The notes under the pieces were generated by a model. The model was not told the DNA's origin. It worked only from the letters and a program-made list of their open reading frames with translations, and made no database searches. A DNA stretch of 64,000 nucleotides. Source: Paragordius varius (taxonomy: Eukaryota; Animalia; Nematomorpha). The stretch lies in contig OZ176050.1 of NCBI GenBank assembly GCA_964247055.1, forward strand, positions 3,782,001-3,846,000, in the 5' to 3' direction. Shown here piece by piece: positions 42,301 through 53,550 of the stretch (position 1 is the first letter of the stretch; each line of letters opens with the position of its first letter). The translations under genes were made by a program, and so were the position numbers.

Positions 42301-44767
42301 ATCAACTTTTTAATTTATTTTCAATCAACATTCATTCTTTGCTAATAATATGTAAATTTTATATTCTGCGAAAATATTAAAAAATGGAGATTTTAATATA
42401 TTTTAATTATTTTTGGCTCATTTCTAACGCTTAACATTATAGTAGAGAGTTATTCAACTTCAAACGATTATAACTTAAAAACTGGGGCTCATTTAAACGA
42501 AAAAATGCATGATTATCAGTATCAGCTAACTACTTTTTATACGCTGTTTAATTCTAAAAAACTTGCCATGAGGGCGAATCATTTTAAACATGTCCACTGT
42601 AATTAATATTCTTCCACTGATATAAATGACCTAGCTAAAATTGAGAACCGATTTGTGTAATCGGTGTTTTACGCACAAAATGTTAGTTATACCTTATGTA
42701 TACTAAGAAATGTAAGAAAATGGTGTAGAACATTACAGTTAATAATTATTCTATTATTGCCACATAGCAAATAAAAAGGGAGATATTATTGATTTATAGT
42801 TATTTTTTCGCTTTTTTCTTTTATTAGCCAATAATAATGCTCTTTTCTCTGTATGCTATCTGGCAATACTTAATTAAAAAAACTAGCATTGTATACTTAC
42901 TCCTACTATTTTTGTAAATCTCCCTCCCTTTGCTGAATAAATTCTATATATAATCTTTTTTAACTATGTTTCCAACAGCATAACGCCTATATCAATGGCC
43001 CCCCTGGCCAAACCCCAACCCTTGACAATAAATTTGGAAAGATTTGGTTCTAAACTTTATCCAAGTGTAAGTTTTGATCTTTCTACCACATCCTCTCCTC
43101 ACGCAGTTACAATGAATGAAACGCAAAACACAACGCATTCAAATAATATCACCAATGAAGACACATTGGTTTTATTTTATTTATGATACTTTACCAAATG
43201 TAAAAACTTTTGTACCGTAAAATCTTTGTTAAATATAGTCAAGCCCTGTTTTTATGCGAAAAAGTTATCATATAACCGTAAAAACAATGGCGTAAAAAAG
43301 GTTTCTATGTATCCAATTATTTTTTATTTGATCAATTTTTAATTTAATTTTCATACTTTTATGAAAATTTGTTAATACTGTTTGTTTCATTTCCAAATAT
43401 ATTTAAATATTTTTAACAGAGGTTACCTTTTCGACACATGAAATCTCTCCAGCACAACGTATGTGAAACCAGTAACGCTAATATGAGTTTTAATAACTCA
43501 AACAATTCAAATGATGAATCCCCTACATGCCATTTCACGAAAACATCAACGTGTCTTCCTGGTGATCCTTTTGCTGCCAACCAAGGCCAATTAAATGCAA
43601 AAAATGATGACCCTGCTAAAGACCCTATGGATTTCGAGCTGAATCATTTAGTGTCTTCTAACCTAAGTATCTCAAACGACCAAATAAATACTACTGTAAA
43701 ATCATCTACTACAAAATCAACATCATCAATCATTCCAAATTATAAGGATGCTGCCGTCTTATTTAATAATGTTGATGATGGTGATGATAAATTAAACGAA
43801 ACCAGAGAAAACGCTAAAAATAATCAACAACTTTCGTTTGAAAATAGTAAACATGCCCTTGCCCTTCCGCTCAACGAAGAGTGTTGCAGTGATGGCGAAG
43901 AAGAATATATTAATACTTTGCCTCCCCAAGTTGAATATCTTTTGCAATCTCTTACAGCAAACACCAACCTAGTAACTACTTCAACAATTATGCATGAACG
44001 ATTTGATGGTATAATTACTTATTTTGGGTTGATATTATCTCTGAAATTTTTTTTCGTCTACATTTTAGCTATATCATAATTGATGAATTGGCATTTGTTA
44101 AATAGACTCACTCGTTAAATACCAATTTTTATTAATAATTCATATTTTTTATCTTTATTATTGAGTAAGTTATTAATTTAAATTTATATTTCTTCCTGTA
44201 CAATTAATACGATAGATTTAAAAAATAATGGTTTAAAAATATAAGGTTTTTTTGTTAAAAACAATCTTTTGTTTTTATGTGTCTAACCATAAATTTTAAT
44301 ATTTACTATATAAAAATTTACATTTTATTATCCGTATATAAATTTTCTTAAAATTAATTGTGTAATGTAGGTATTTGATTTCTGCTTTTTGTTTTTTTAC
44401 GATTGCAATGTAAATTTTTATCGAAATATATATTGTGTTGTTGTTAGGTTTAATGGGAACTGATCACCGGGATCCCAATAATAATCTCGATTCGCATTCG
44501 CTTAACAATAATACGGAAAATGCTTTTTGTACAACAAATTGTAGTAATGATAAAAATGGACCATTGATTTCAAGTGTTGGCAATACATCATCATTTGATT
44601 GTTCAGCCATAACCCTCAAAAATAACTTTCCAAACGATTTAAATATCTCGACGAAGCCTTTAAACAGAATTCTACCCTTAATACCACAAAAAACGTTACA
44701 AGATAATGGAATAAATAATGAGTTAAGTCATGCCCTTAGCGAATTTTCATATCCACCTTCACAATAA
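10415..44767 (+). CDS. TRIO: Trio/Kalirin/UNC-73-family Rho GEF: Sec14(CRAL-TRIO), spectrin repeats, DH1-PH1, low-complexity tail (~3045 aa)
   Basis: 47 hand-built exons (9138 nt, in frame): 10415-10535, 10562-10835, 10897-10987, 11311-11409, 11723-11963, 12317-12442, 13857-13914, 14126-14220, 15226-15343, 15736-15919, 16291-16410, 18520-18873, 19317-19549, 19903-20083, 20661-20824, 21362-21482, 22493-22615, 22913-23000, 23493-23653, 26072-26244, 27012-27183, 27489-27606, 27838-27947, 28300-28584, 29306-29425, 30238-30514, 30729-30824, 32649-32760, 33095-33279, 33764-34035, 34614-34836, 35168-35283, 35582-35800, 36244-36664, 37042-37217, 37427-37617, 38045-38290, 38547-38729, 38980-39184, 39693-39870, 40197-40541, 40744-40832, 41149-41467, 41871-42126, 42979-43168, 43420-44008, 44448-44767. 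Motifs: [13 protein letters not shown] and [13 protein letters not shown] (Sec14); [17 protein letters not shown] and [18 protein letters not shown] (spectrin); [59 protein letters not shown] (DH); [16 protein letters not shown] (PH). A few junctions in low-complexity parts (exons 7, 27/28, 36, 44-47) are less certain. Confidence 0.93.
12861..13559. mobile_element. Non-autonomous hAT element (MITE), 699 bp, in Trio intron 6
   Basis: TIRs TAGGGTTGTGC / GCACAACCTTA (10/11); perfect 8-bp TSD TGCTTAAC (12853-12860, 13560-13567); multiple subterminal TGACC/GGTCA motifs at both ends. Confidence 0.92.
14700..15140. mobile_element. Degraded RTE-clade LINE 3' fragments in opposite orientations
   Basis: Plus strand ~14920-15140 reads ..[39 protein letters not shown], the typical post-RT region of RTE LINEs. 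Minus strand ~14860-14700 reads ..[13 protein letters not shown], the RTE C-terminal DRxxWR motif. Confidence 0.6.
17440..18245 (-). mobile_element. Possible highly decayed Penelope-like retroelement remnant
   Basis: Fragments [10 protein letters not shown] and [11 protein letters not shown] loosely resemble the Penelope N-terminal (FL..C...LIPNGL) and ADKG motifs; many stops. Weak. Confidence 0.22.
21262..21302. repeat. (AT)n microsatellite
   Basis: Direct reading. Confidence 0.97.
24058..25914 (-). mobile_element. PIF/Harbinger (PHIS) DNA transposon with pseudogenised DDE_Tnp_4 transposase, in Trio intron 19
   Basis: 17-bp perfect TIR GGGCCTGCTGAATAAAA (24058-24074 / 25898-25914); ATT flanks both ends; subterminal GTAC-rich repeats. 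The minus strand ~25130-24390 encodes [72 protein letters not shown] (HARBI1-like) with stops and frameshifts. Confidence 0.92.
26501..26761. mobile_element. TA-flanked MITE (Tc1/mariner-type), family A copy 1
   Basis: TA|CCATTTACA...TGTAAATGG|TA; internal inverted AATTCA(C/A)CCT..GAA subterminal repeats; homologous to 28850-29143. Confidence 0.8.
28850..29143. mobile_element. TA-flanked MITE, family A copy 2
   Basis: TA|CCATTTACAAT...ATTGTAAATGG|TA (11-bp TIR); shares CCCT(A/G)AAAATAAATTATGTGTTTTC with copy 1. Confidence 0.82.
31100..32500 (+). mobile_element. RTE-clade LINE pseudogene (AP endonuclease plus start of RT), 3' truncated, in Trio intron 27
   Basis: [62 protein letters not shown] (APE); [42 protein letters not shown] (RT domains 0-3). 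Broken by stops and frameshifts; sequence ends near 32500. Confidence 0.9.
39273..39303. repeat. (AT)n microsatellite
   Basis: Direct reading. Confidence 0.95.
42730..42908. mobile_element. Decayed copy of MITE family B (see 51810-51998)
   Basis: TTATTAGCCAATAATAAT.CTCTTT...CTAGCA.TGTATACTTACTC.TACT matches 51920-51998 in the same orientation. Confidence 0.65.
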
Positions 44768-45316
44768 AATGGGTATTTTGTTTCAAACTTGGTAATTTTA
44801 GAAACGAAAACCGTTAAATGCACCAAAGTTATTTGTATGTTAATTAAACTTTTTTATGCATCTAGAAAAGAGCGCATTTTGTTAAACATAATATCTTTAG
44901 ATATATGGTGGTGTGTGCAATCAAATTTTATAAAATTAATTATACCATTTAACTTATAAATATTTTTTCCTTGTTATTGATCAATATACCCCAAAAAAAC
45001 TTATTTTAGCCATGATAAAACGTTTATTCATACATTCTAATTATTCAATAATATGTATCTCACTTGACCAAATATTCAATTTTTTAATTAGTGATAATAT
45101 ATTTCTTATACATGAAATAGCATTTATTCGTTTATAAAACATCAATCTGAAAAAAAGTGTATCAAATATTACGATTCTTACCAATCCATGCATGCATTTT
45201 TGTAATCATTATATTGATATATTAATCTATTCATTATTTATAATTTTTTTCGAATAAAAAAATCTGTTTTTATGAAAACTTATGTAAAATAAATGTGTAA
45301 TATATTACTTTAGCAA

Positions 45317-46212
45317 TCTATATATTTATAAAAATGGAAAATGCTGGCTTTGTGATCTGGTACAGGAAAACCGGTAGGCCCATTCAAATCCAAACTTCGA
45401 AAAATATAATCATTAATGAATGCCCCGACAATAGCTTCGCCCTTTTTTGAAATAGGCCCCCAGTTCGGGCCCACCCCGTGTAAAAAACGCGTTTTTTTGA
45501 AAACATAAGTCCACAAAAATCGTGTCTTTGAGACAATTTTCCGGTGAACGTGTTGGACCATTCAATTTCAAATATGATTTTTGTTTACTTATTTTGGATT
45601 GCGCCGAACATAGTCGTCTCGCTTTTTTGATTAAGGCCCTCTTTTTACCCGCTCCCCCCGTAAAATGCCACCTTTTCAAAAAACAAAGTCCACAAAAATA
45701 TTTTTTTAAATATATTTTTCGACCAAGGTATGAGACCGTAAATATTCAAAATGGATTCTACGTATTCCCTGTTAAAAGGCAAAAATTTTAGTCAAGCGTT
45801 TCTTTGATGATAGCTGCTGGGCAAGGAGCTACCCGCGAAAAACTGATTTTTCATGTAACTTTGTGATCTGTTTCCGGAAAACCGGTGAACGCAATCAAAT
45901 CCAAACATCGAAAAAATATAATCTTTAATGAATGCACCGACAATAGCTTCGCCCTTTTTTTGAAATAGGCCTCCAGTTCGGGCCCACCCCGTGTGAAAAA
46001 CGGGTTGAGACAATTTTTCGGAGAACGTGTTGGACCATTCAATTTCAAATATGATTTTTGTTTACTTATTTTCGATTGCGCCGAACATAGTCGTCTCGCT
46101 TTTTTAATTTAGTCCCTCTTTTTCCCCGCTCCCCACGTAAAATGCTATTTTTCCTCCCCTCCCAGAAGTCCGAAGGACTTCCTCGGGCTGCGTAGCACGA
46201 GATTTACGCTAG
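45317..46212 (+). mobile_element. Non-autonomous Helitron, 896 bp
   Basis: Inserted at A^T: A|TCTATATATTTATAAAAATGG ... CTAG|T, no TSD. 3' hairpins GAAGTCC-GAA-GGACTTC (46165-46181) and CTCGGGCTGCGTAGCACGAG just before the CTAG; about 1.8 internal ~480-bp subrepeats; homologous to 61008-63271. Confidence 0.9.
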
Positions 46213-46244
<32 letters not shown>

Positions 46245-46337
46245 ATATATGTTTATTTATTTAGAGTAGAGGAATACAATATATTTAAATCCATATTTTT
46301 AACGATAAATGCTATGAATTGCAAAAATTATCAATAT

Positions 46338-46341
<4 letters not shown>

Positions 46342-46381
<40 letters not shown>
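46342..46381. repeat. (TA)n microsatellite
   Basis: Direct reading; another TA run follows the Helitron end at 46213-46250. Confidence 0.95.
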
Positions 46382-46384
<3 letters not shown>

Positions 46385-46949
46385 CTGAATAAAAATATCT
46401 ATGTACACGACGCATTGTTGTATAAAATGATATGATAGGGTTAATTAAACAAAAAATATATTTATCTAATTTTTAAACAATTATTATGATATATAGTGTG
46501 AAAAATATGAATAATCTATGATTGCCATATAAGGGGATGAGGATATAGATGGGGGGGGCTAGTTTAATTTGTCTCAAAGAGATTTCACAAAAGATATGGG
46601 GAAATGCATAAAATATCATTATAAATATAAATATCAAATAATTATATATCAAAAATGGTAAATTTTAATTGTTTTATTATTAAAACAAATTTATTATCAG
46701 CGAAAATTTAATTAGAAATGCATTCTTCTTTGATTTATGTGTGTGGGTTATTTTTACTGCTGAATCCGTTTTTAACGTATTTTAATGATAAAAAATTGTG
46801 GTTATAAAAAAACGTAAACAGTATAAGTTTAGGCCATATTATTTGTAAATTTACATTTTTCCCATTCACCATGTAAATTAAACTTCGTTTGATAAATGAG
46901 ATCTAGATTTAAAACCGTTTTACATTATTTTACAGAAAGCGGATGATAA

Positions 46950-49900
46950 TTAAATTGGGGTTGGTTGGGAACGCGTAGTTGAACTTATAGGGACATATTT
47001 ATTTTTATGGTGGTGATTTTTATAATTATTTGTATTGTAAAGTTTGTTGTGAGTAATGGTTCCATTTGTCGTTTTTGCATTTTTCAAATCAATATTTTGC
47101 GTTGATTCCAACAGGGATTCATTGAGAAGCGAATCGTCTTCACTTGTGGCTTCAGCTCGTAAATTTATAATCTTTTTATGGCGTTCTCCATTTTTAACTC
47201 CATCATTGGGCATGCCTTGAAAGTTTCAAAAAAAATATAATACAATCATTCAAAGTTTTAATTTTTACCCCTAATGAATATTTTTGGATTTTGTTTATAT
47301 TGGACATACATTGAGAAATCATGATGTTATTATGATTAAAATTAAAACTGATTCCTAACACATACCATCAAATTAAAAAGGCAATTAACTAAACTTACTC
47401 TATATTTGACTTAATCACAAATATTTACCCACACTTATTTATTATGAGTTGAATCGTTTTAAGTAAAATTATTTTTTAATAAAAAAATTCCTAATATGGG
47501 CGCATGATCATATATAATTAAATAAAAAAAGAAGGTATATTAATTATCGTTCTTCGCTTACCACCATTTCCAAATGGATTATCTAGGAACGTGTTTTGAT
47601 TGCCATTTTCCAGTTCGGAGGAATTTGTGTGATTACTTTCAATGTTAGTTTTCAAGCTGTCATCCATATCAAGGGGCAAGTTTTGATCCGATCTTGTTTT
47701 GTGTGTCGAAGCGGATTGATGCAATAATAACGGTTCTCGCGACATATGACCATTACAATGTTGCGGATTGTCCACAATAAAACTCGTATTCTCGGACCGA
47801 GAAATTAGCCCATTGGCATAAAATGGTTTCCCATTCACCGCATAATTTTTAGGGGAGGACAGAAGCAACTTTTTCTGGGTATTGCAATTATTACTTTTTA
47901 CGCTACCGTTAGTGTTTTTATGATTCCCGTTATTACTTATTCCATTACTTGCATGTGAATTATTTATATGACCATTCTTTTCAGTTTTGTTGGCCGTATA
48001 ATCTTTAACGTAACTGGTATTGTAATATTTTACATCATATCTATCCTTTCTATTACATTTACGCAAGGCTAGATATAACATGGGAATAAGTATTACAAGG
48101 GCTAAAACTGGACCAAAACACATCCAAAGGAAGTTTTGATGACTAACAATGTTTTTGTGATTTCTAATTTCCATACTCTCAACTCCATTATTATTTATAC
48201 CATTACTCTTAATCGAATCAACAGGGTCTATTTTTATTAATTTGCCGTTTGAACTGACATTATTTGATTGTGCATTACTTATGATTCTAAAATTGGGATC
48301 TAAAATGTGATTGGACATAGTTTCCTCCGTACTGCTAATAAGCTTTGTGGTCTCTGGAAAATAGAAAATGATATGTGTTTGTTAAAAATTTGGCAATTTT
48401 TTCATATTTTAATGTGGTCAAAGATTTTGTTTTAAAAACAATTACTGTTAAATAAATTAGCATTTATTAATTCATTGGTAGAACAATATTTTTGACTAAA
48501 AATTAATTGGTATCCTTACAGTAAATTGGTTATTTTAAGATTAATAATTATGAAATAGTAAAGAGTGTTTACGCGAAACTTCCTTTCCAATCGCAGGCGT
48601 TGGAGAAGATGGTGAACCATTGAATGTTTTGACTTTAGACTTTTCTAGGGAACTTGCAACGATAATATTTTTATCAGACTTGAGTTGGGCACAGAATTTG
48701 GGGTTCTCATCAAGAGTAGAGAATGGACATTCCACAAAACCATTGCAAGCAAGTTCAACCGGCAAACAAATAATACTGTCATTATCCACAAATTGTGCGG
48801 ATGAATTTCCGTTTAGAGCGTCACACGAAAACATACCATTAGGACATTTGGGGAGCCCTTAACACATATATAATTTATCAAATTATAAATCTTCAGTTTT
48901 AAAAAAATGTTTTACAACTTTAAAATTTATTTGGTTAGTATTCTTTGTTTTAACTATGGCTTTTAAAGTGTTGAATTTATATAAAAATGATATTTGAGTT
49001 GAGAAATATTCGAGTTGGACATATATTGAGTTTAAATATAAAAAAGATTTTAAATCAAAAATAAGTTAAAGTACAATATTAATTATAAAAGATACCTTGA
49101 GCATTAATAATTTCATAATAGGGACTCCAACGAATCTTGAACGGCATGATCTGGGCCTTTTTGAAGCCGCTATCACTTATTTGTGGTTTAACGATATACC
49201 TGCAAACATTGATAGGTTATTTTCGTTATTCAAAAATTTAATAAATAAAGTTTTGGAATATAAAAAAAATAATTAGGTAATTTTTTAGTTTTAGTTGATA
49301 ATAATAATACATATTGTAATAAAACCAGCTTGGATAAACGATTACTTTGGAAAATCACATAATTACATTTTTCTCATGCTAATATCCAGTGATAATAGAT
49401 AATTAAAAAGCTTTAAACATAATTTTTCTAGATTTTAATATGTTTTAAATTTTAAAAATATATGTAACTTGATAGTTATGGTATCAGATGTAGATTTTAA
49501 TCGGGAATTGCTTGCTATTACGCGACTGGACCCATCGGATCCCACCATTACCAATCTTGCCATGTTGCCAACATAATTTTTCTCGAGTCCTGTTCATCAT
49601 GAAAAATTAATTATTTGATATGTCACATTAAAATAATAATTATAGCATTCATGTTTTAACTAGCTGAGTTTTTACGTAATACATATACAGTAAGATTTAA
49701 TTTTTTATGATGGTAAGTTCAAAAAAGAGTTTATAATTGCCATATTTTTGTAATTTAATACTAACAAATAAGACCGGATCCATTATTGTAAATTATATGT
49801 AAAAAACTCTAATTCATGTCATAATATTTTAACATAAAAGTGTAACGTAACATATCACATACTTTTAATCTCCCCATTCCCAAACGTAATGTTTAGGAAA

Positions 49901-52900
49901 AAACGAGATTTCATATCATTTTTTTGTTCGTTTTCTGAAGCGAAACTTCGAGAATGTTCTTTGTCGTGCGTAGTATCGCTAAATGATAAAACCCAGAGAC
50001 ATTGAACACCAGATGTTATGATAGATTCTGGGTAATTAGGTGATGTTATTAGGCCACCATTGTTCATAACGGTATTATCGGTAGATTTGCCGCTAATTAT
50101 GGAACCACCACAAACTATCAAGACAAAAACAATAAATAAATTGGGTTAATTATTATTCTTATTTTTCTTATAATAAATTCTAATCATACATTATGAATAG
50201 ATAATTGTTTAAATGTAATAATTATTTTTCTTATATCATATAATATTATGATACATTAAAAAATATTTGATGATTGAAACAATGATTTGCCAAAGTGAAT
50301 AGGTTACAATAAAACAGATAAAAAATTATAAGAAAATTTTTGGCATTGTAATTTTTAGAAATATCATTAAAGCCAAATAAATAGTGTTGAAACCACAGCC
50401 TAAGGATTAAAAAACCAATTTTTTTTAAGTGCCACATTAGAACTGATTTAGGACTTTTTTTGATTCAGAACTAGAAATAGGAAAATGAAACAGCTTTTAA
50501 ATCACAATAATCTTAAACCTTTATCATTTTCCCTTTTTTATTGAATAACTAGGCCGATTGATTTTACCTCCTTAGTCTTGTCATTTGTTAGCATTTATTT
50601 AATAAACAGTTTTTCAATGAACATGTGCAGGATCTCACGATAGCAATTTTAAAATTCAAAGAATACTAAGATAAAAAGGTTTTCGTATAAAAATAAAAGA
50701 CCGCTAGACCGCTTTTTGAAATTGCATTAATTAATAGAACAAAACCAAAATTTTAAAAACAATTTAAACATTAAACGCTTTTAAAACAAAATATCAAAAT
50801 CATGATGTAAAAACCAAAACCGTAAATGCGTTGAAATTTTAACCAGTTTCTTAATTTGCCTTAAGAGCTTAAATACTTTTACCAGGATAAACAATAAATG
50901 TATATAGTTTATTGTCTCTATTTCCCTTTTAAAGATTAAGGACATAAACCTTATCAGGATCCTTTAAAAGTTTTAACACTCGTCTGCCCAGGGACGACAG
51001 TGATAATGAAAAATTGCGCAGTTACGGGTTCGAGCTCTGCCACTCCACACACGCACACAATATACGCCTCCTTTATCATAAAATAGCATCATCGAAACAT
51101 ACATAATTATAGAATAAAATGGCTTTTAAGTCACATTAAGCCAATAATTATCGGGTAAACTATAATATTAATGCACAGATATGGGTGCCTTGAATTATTT
51201 CACATATTTTAGATTCATACAAATGATATTTTGAAAAACTAAATAATCCAACGAAATAAAAACGATATTATTGATTTTTTTATAATATGAAAGACGAACC
51301 CATTTCCTCCGGTAAATATTCGTATTCCAGTTCAAAACTCAACCCAATCTGGGGGCGAGGCACAAAGAAAGAAAGACCTATCCCCAAAGCCTCGCTGTTA
51401 TGTGCAGAATCAATGTACCAATTTGGATCAGTGTATCCGGCTAAGCTATTATCATTCGGTAATTCATTCCTATACTGTTCATCTACACCACATAAGCAAC
51501 CGAGAGAATTCCCATTGAGATTTTCATCTTTTTGTGCAATGCTTGTACTCTTGGCCGTTAAATCACGGATTAATATGCGGTTTATGACATCAAGAGGATA
51601 CTTTTTAGTGTAAAAAGGAAAGATGGAACACGATGAAAAATTAGTTCCTGCCATGTTATAAGAATAAGTATTTTTGCGTTCCACATCTATTTGGTTATTA
51701 TCGTAGTATGCTTTGTAATTGTAATCCAAATTACGGTGAGTTGTACAACGTCTAAAAACATCATATACAAAAATAAACGTGAACAAGTTTTTGATAAAAA
51801 CATAAAATACAGTATGAGTAAGTTTACATTGCTGGAGAATTATTAATTATTACCAAATAGCATATACAACAAAGAGCAGTTTTAATGACTCATAGTTATT
51901 ATTTTACTTTTTACTATTATTAGCCAATAATAATTCTCTTTGCTGCATATGTTATTTAGCAATAATTAATTTCTAGCAATGTATACTTACTCATACTGTA
52001 AAAAAAATATCGCAAAGAAATTCATAAAATTTGGGCAAGTTAGGTCCAGGTATGTAAAATATGGATTGTATTCGGCATAAAAGGGTTAGATAGAGTTATT
52101 GGAAAAAAAACTGTAAATTTAGGAATGCAATAAATATAACATAATATTATCTGGATTTTATAGGCTGAAAATGCAAAAAAACAAATTTACACTGGCCTAT
52201 AATTAAATTTATTCATTCTTTGATGGTTTCGGAACTTATATAAATTTAGATAAAAATAATATTCTTAGCATAAAATAAATTTATCCCGGATATGAATAGG
52301 CATTATCATTGGATACTAATGTTAACCTTATAAAAAATATGGTAAGTCAAGGTTTGACATATGGATTATGGAAAAAAAATAACATTTATACTATCATATA
52401 GTTAAAAAGGTAGTTTATAAAATTAAATCGCCTTTGTTGCCTCTAACCGAATCAAATATGTTAGGGTAAAAGCATTTGTTTACTTTAAGCCAGACGTAAA
52501 AGTCGGTATAAACTTCAAAGAAATATCAGCCCTATGTTCATTAATTTTCCATGAAATTCATATATTTAATTTATCGATAGCCCGTAATCAAGAGATATTT
52601 AAAATATCCAATATGTATAAAAAATATAAAACATAGCCAATAATAGTTTATAAATAAAAATTTTTTGGACAAATTTGATCTTTATTCAAAAGATTATATG
52701 ATTAATTATGGCTTAAAATGACTAGGTCTATATTAAAATTGATCAATTAATAAGAGCTATTCAAACGTTATAAAAAAACCAAAAAAGGAACTTACAAATC
52801 CATTCGATATTTCACAAATCGAATCCTTATCCTTTTCCTTATGGTCGTCGAATTATCGTCGTTTTTGAAAGTTTTTAATTGACTCTCATTTTTATTTGTG

Positions 52901-53214
52901 GTCCAGAAATTCCATTTACAAACGTACGGGCGATTGATTTTATAAACATCAAAATTTGCTGGGAATTTAATTATGTTACGGGATTCAGATACTAAGGACG
53001 GTGGTATTAAACTGTTGGTTATAGCAGGTACGGTATCTGGATATATATCAATGGTTTTACATCCAGGATTCTCGACATAATTTATAGCGGGTTGTCCGCC
53101 ATTATTTGAATTGTGAATGATTGTTTGCGCAAAAATTTGAGAATATACTGATAGAATATGGGACAAAAGGAATAGAACAAGTAATTTTTGCGTCATTTTA
53201 CCGCTTTGAAACAT
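46950..53214 (-). CDS. Type I membrane protein, signal peptide-CUB-CUB-LDLa-TM-tail (Neto/SOL-2-like, ~896 aa)
   Basis: Exons 53214-52796, 51751-51300, 50114-49863, 49589-49469, 49199-49096, 48857-48573, 48353-47562, 47215-46950 (2691 nt, in frame, all GT-AG). Signal-like KLLVLFLLSHILSVYSQ; CUB1 IKFPANF..YVCKWNF..IRFVKY..GLSFELEYEY; CUB2 VCGGS..GGLITSPNYP..QCLWVL; six-Cys LDLa CPNGMFSC..CLPVELACNGFVECPFSTLDENPKFC; TM FLWMCFGPVLALVILIPMLYLAL; ends ..RSQPTPI*. Start may be the ATG at 53196. Orthology to NETO not proven. Confidence 0.85.
51810..51998. mobile_element. TA-flanked MITE family B, 189 bp, with ~70-bp imperfect TIRs
   Basis: TA|CAGTATGAGTAAGT.TACATTGCT ... AGCAATGTATACTTACTCATACTG|TA; CAGTA terminus plus TA target is typical of Tc1/mariner-pogo MITEs. 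Confidence 0.85.
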
Positions 53215-53550
53215 ATATTTATAGATTATGTAAAAATGTAGGCTAGTTTGTGTTGATATATTGAATATTCATTTTTTGACAGGATGTGCTTGAGCACAAT
53301 AATATCAATGCGACAGTTATTTGAAAGGGTTTCTATGAATACATCGAATATTTAAGAAAATAACTGAATAAAATCTAAATTAGGTTAGTGAAAACATATA
53401 CCATAAAAAATTTATTATATATATAGATAACTAACTACTGTTATAAACTTCTCGAGAAAAAATATTTGTAATGTTTTTTGTAAAATTAGGAAAACGTTAA
53501 TTGTTTATTTAAACTCTGTTTCGCATAACACAGCGAACAAATTTTTTTGT

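Noticed and set aside
45310-46048. Several overlapping 65-89-aa ORFs, repeated at 61492-63305
   Set aside because: They lie within non-coding Helitron subrepeats and recur only because the DNA is repeated; no Rep/helicase motifs.
50985-51045. GGGTTCGAGCTC, a tRNA T-loop/B-box-like motif
   Set aside because: No cloverleaf, acceptor stem or clear A-box; at most a SINE relic.
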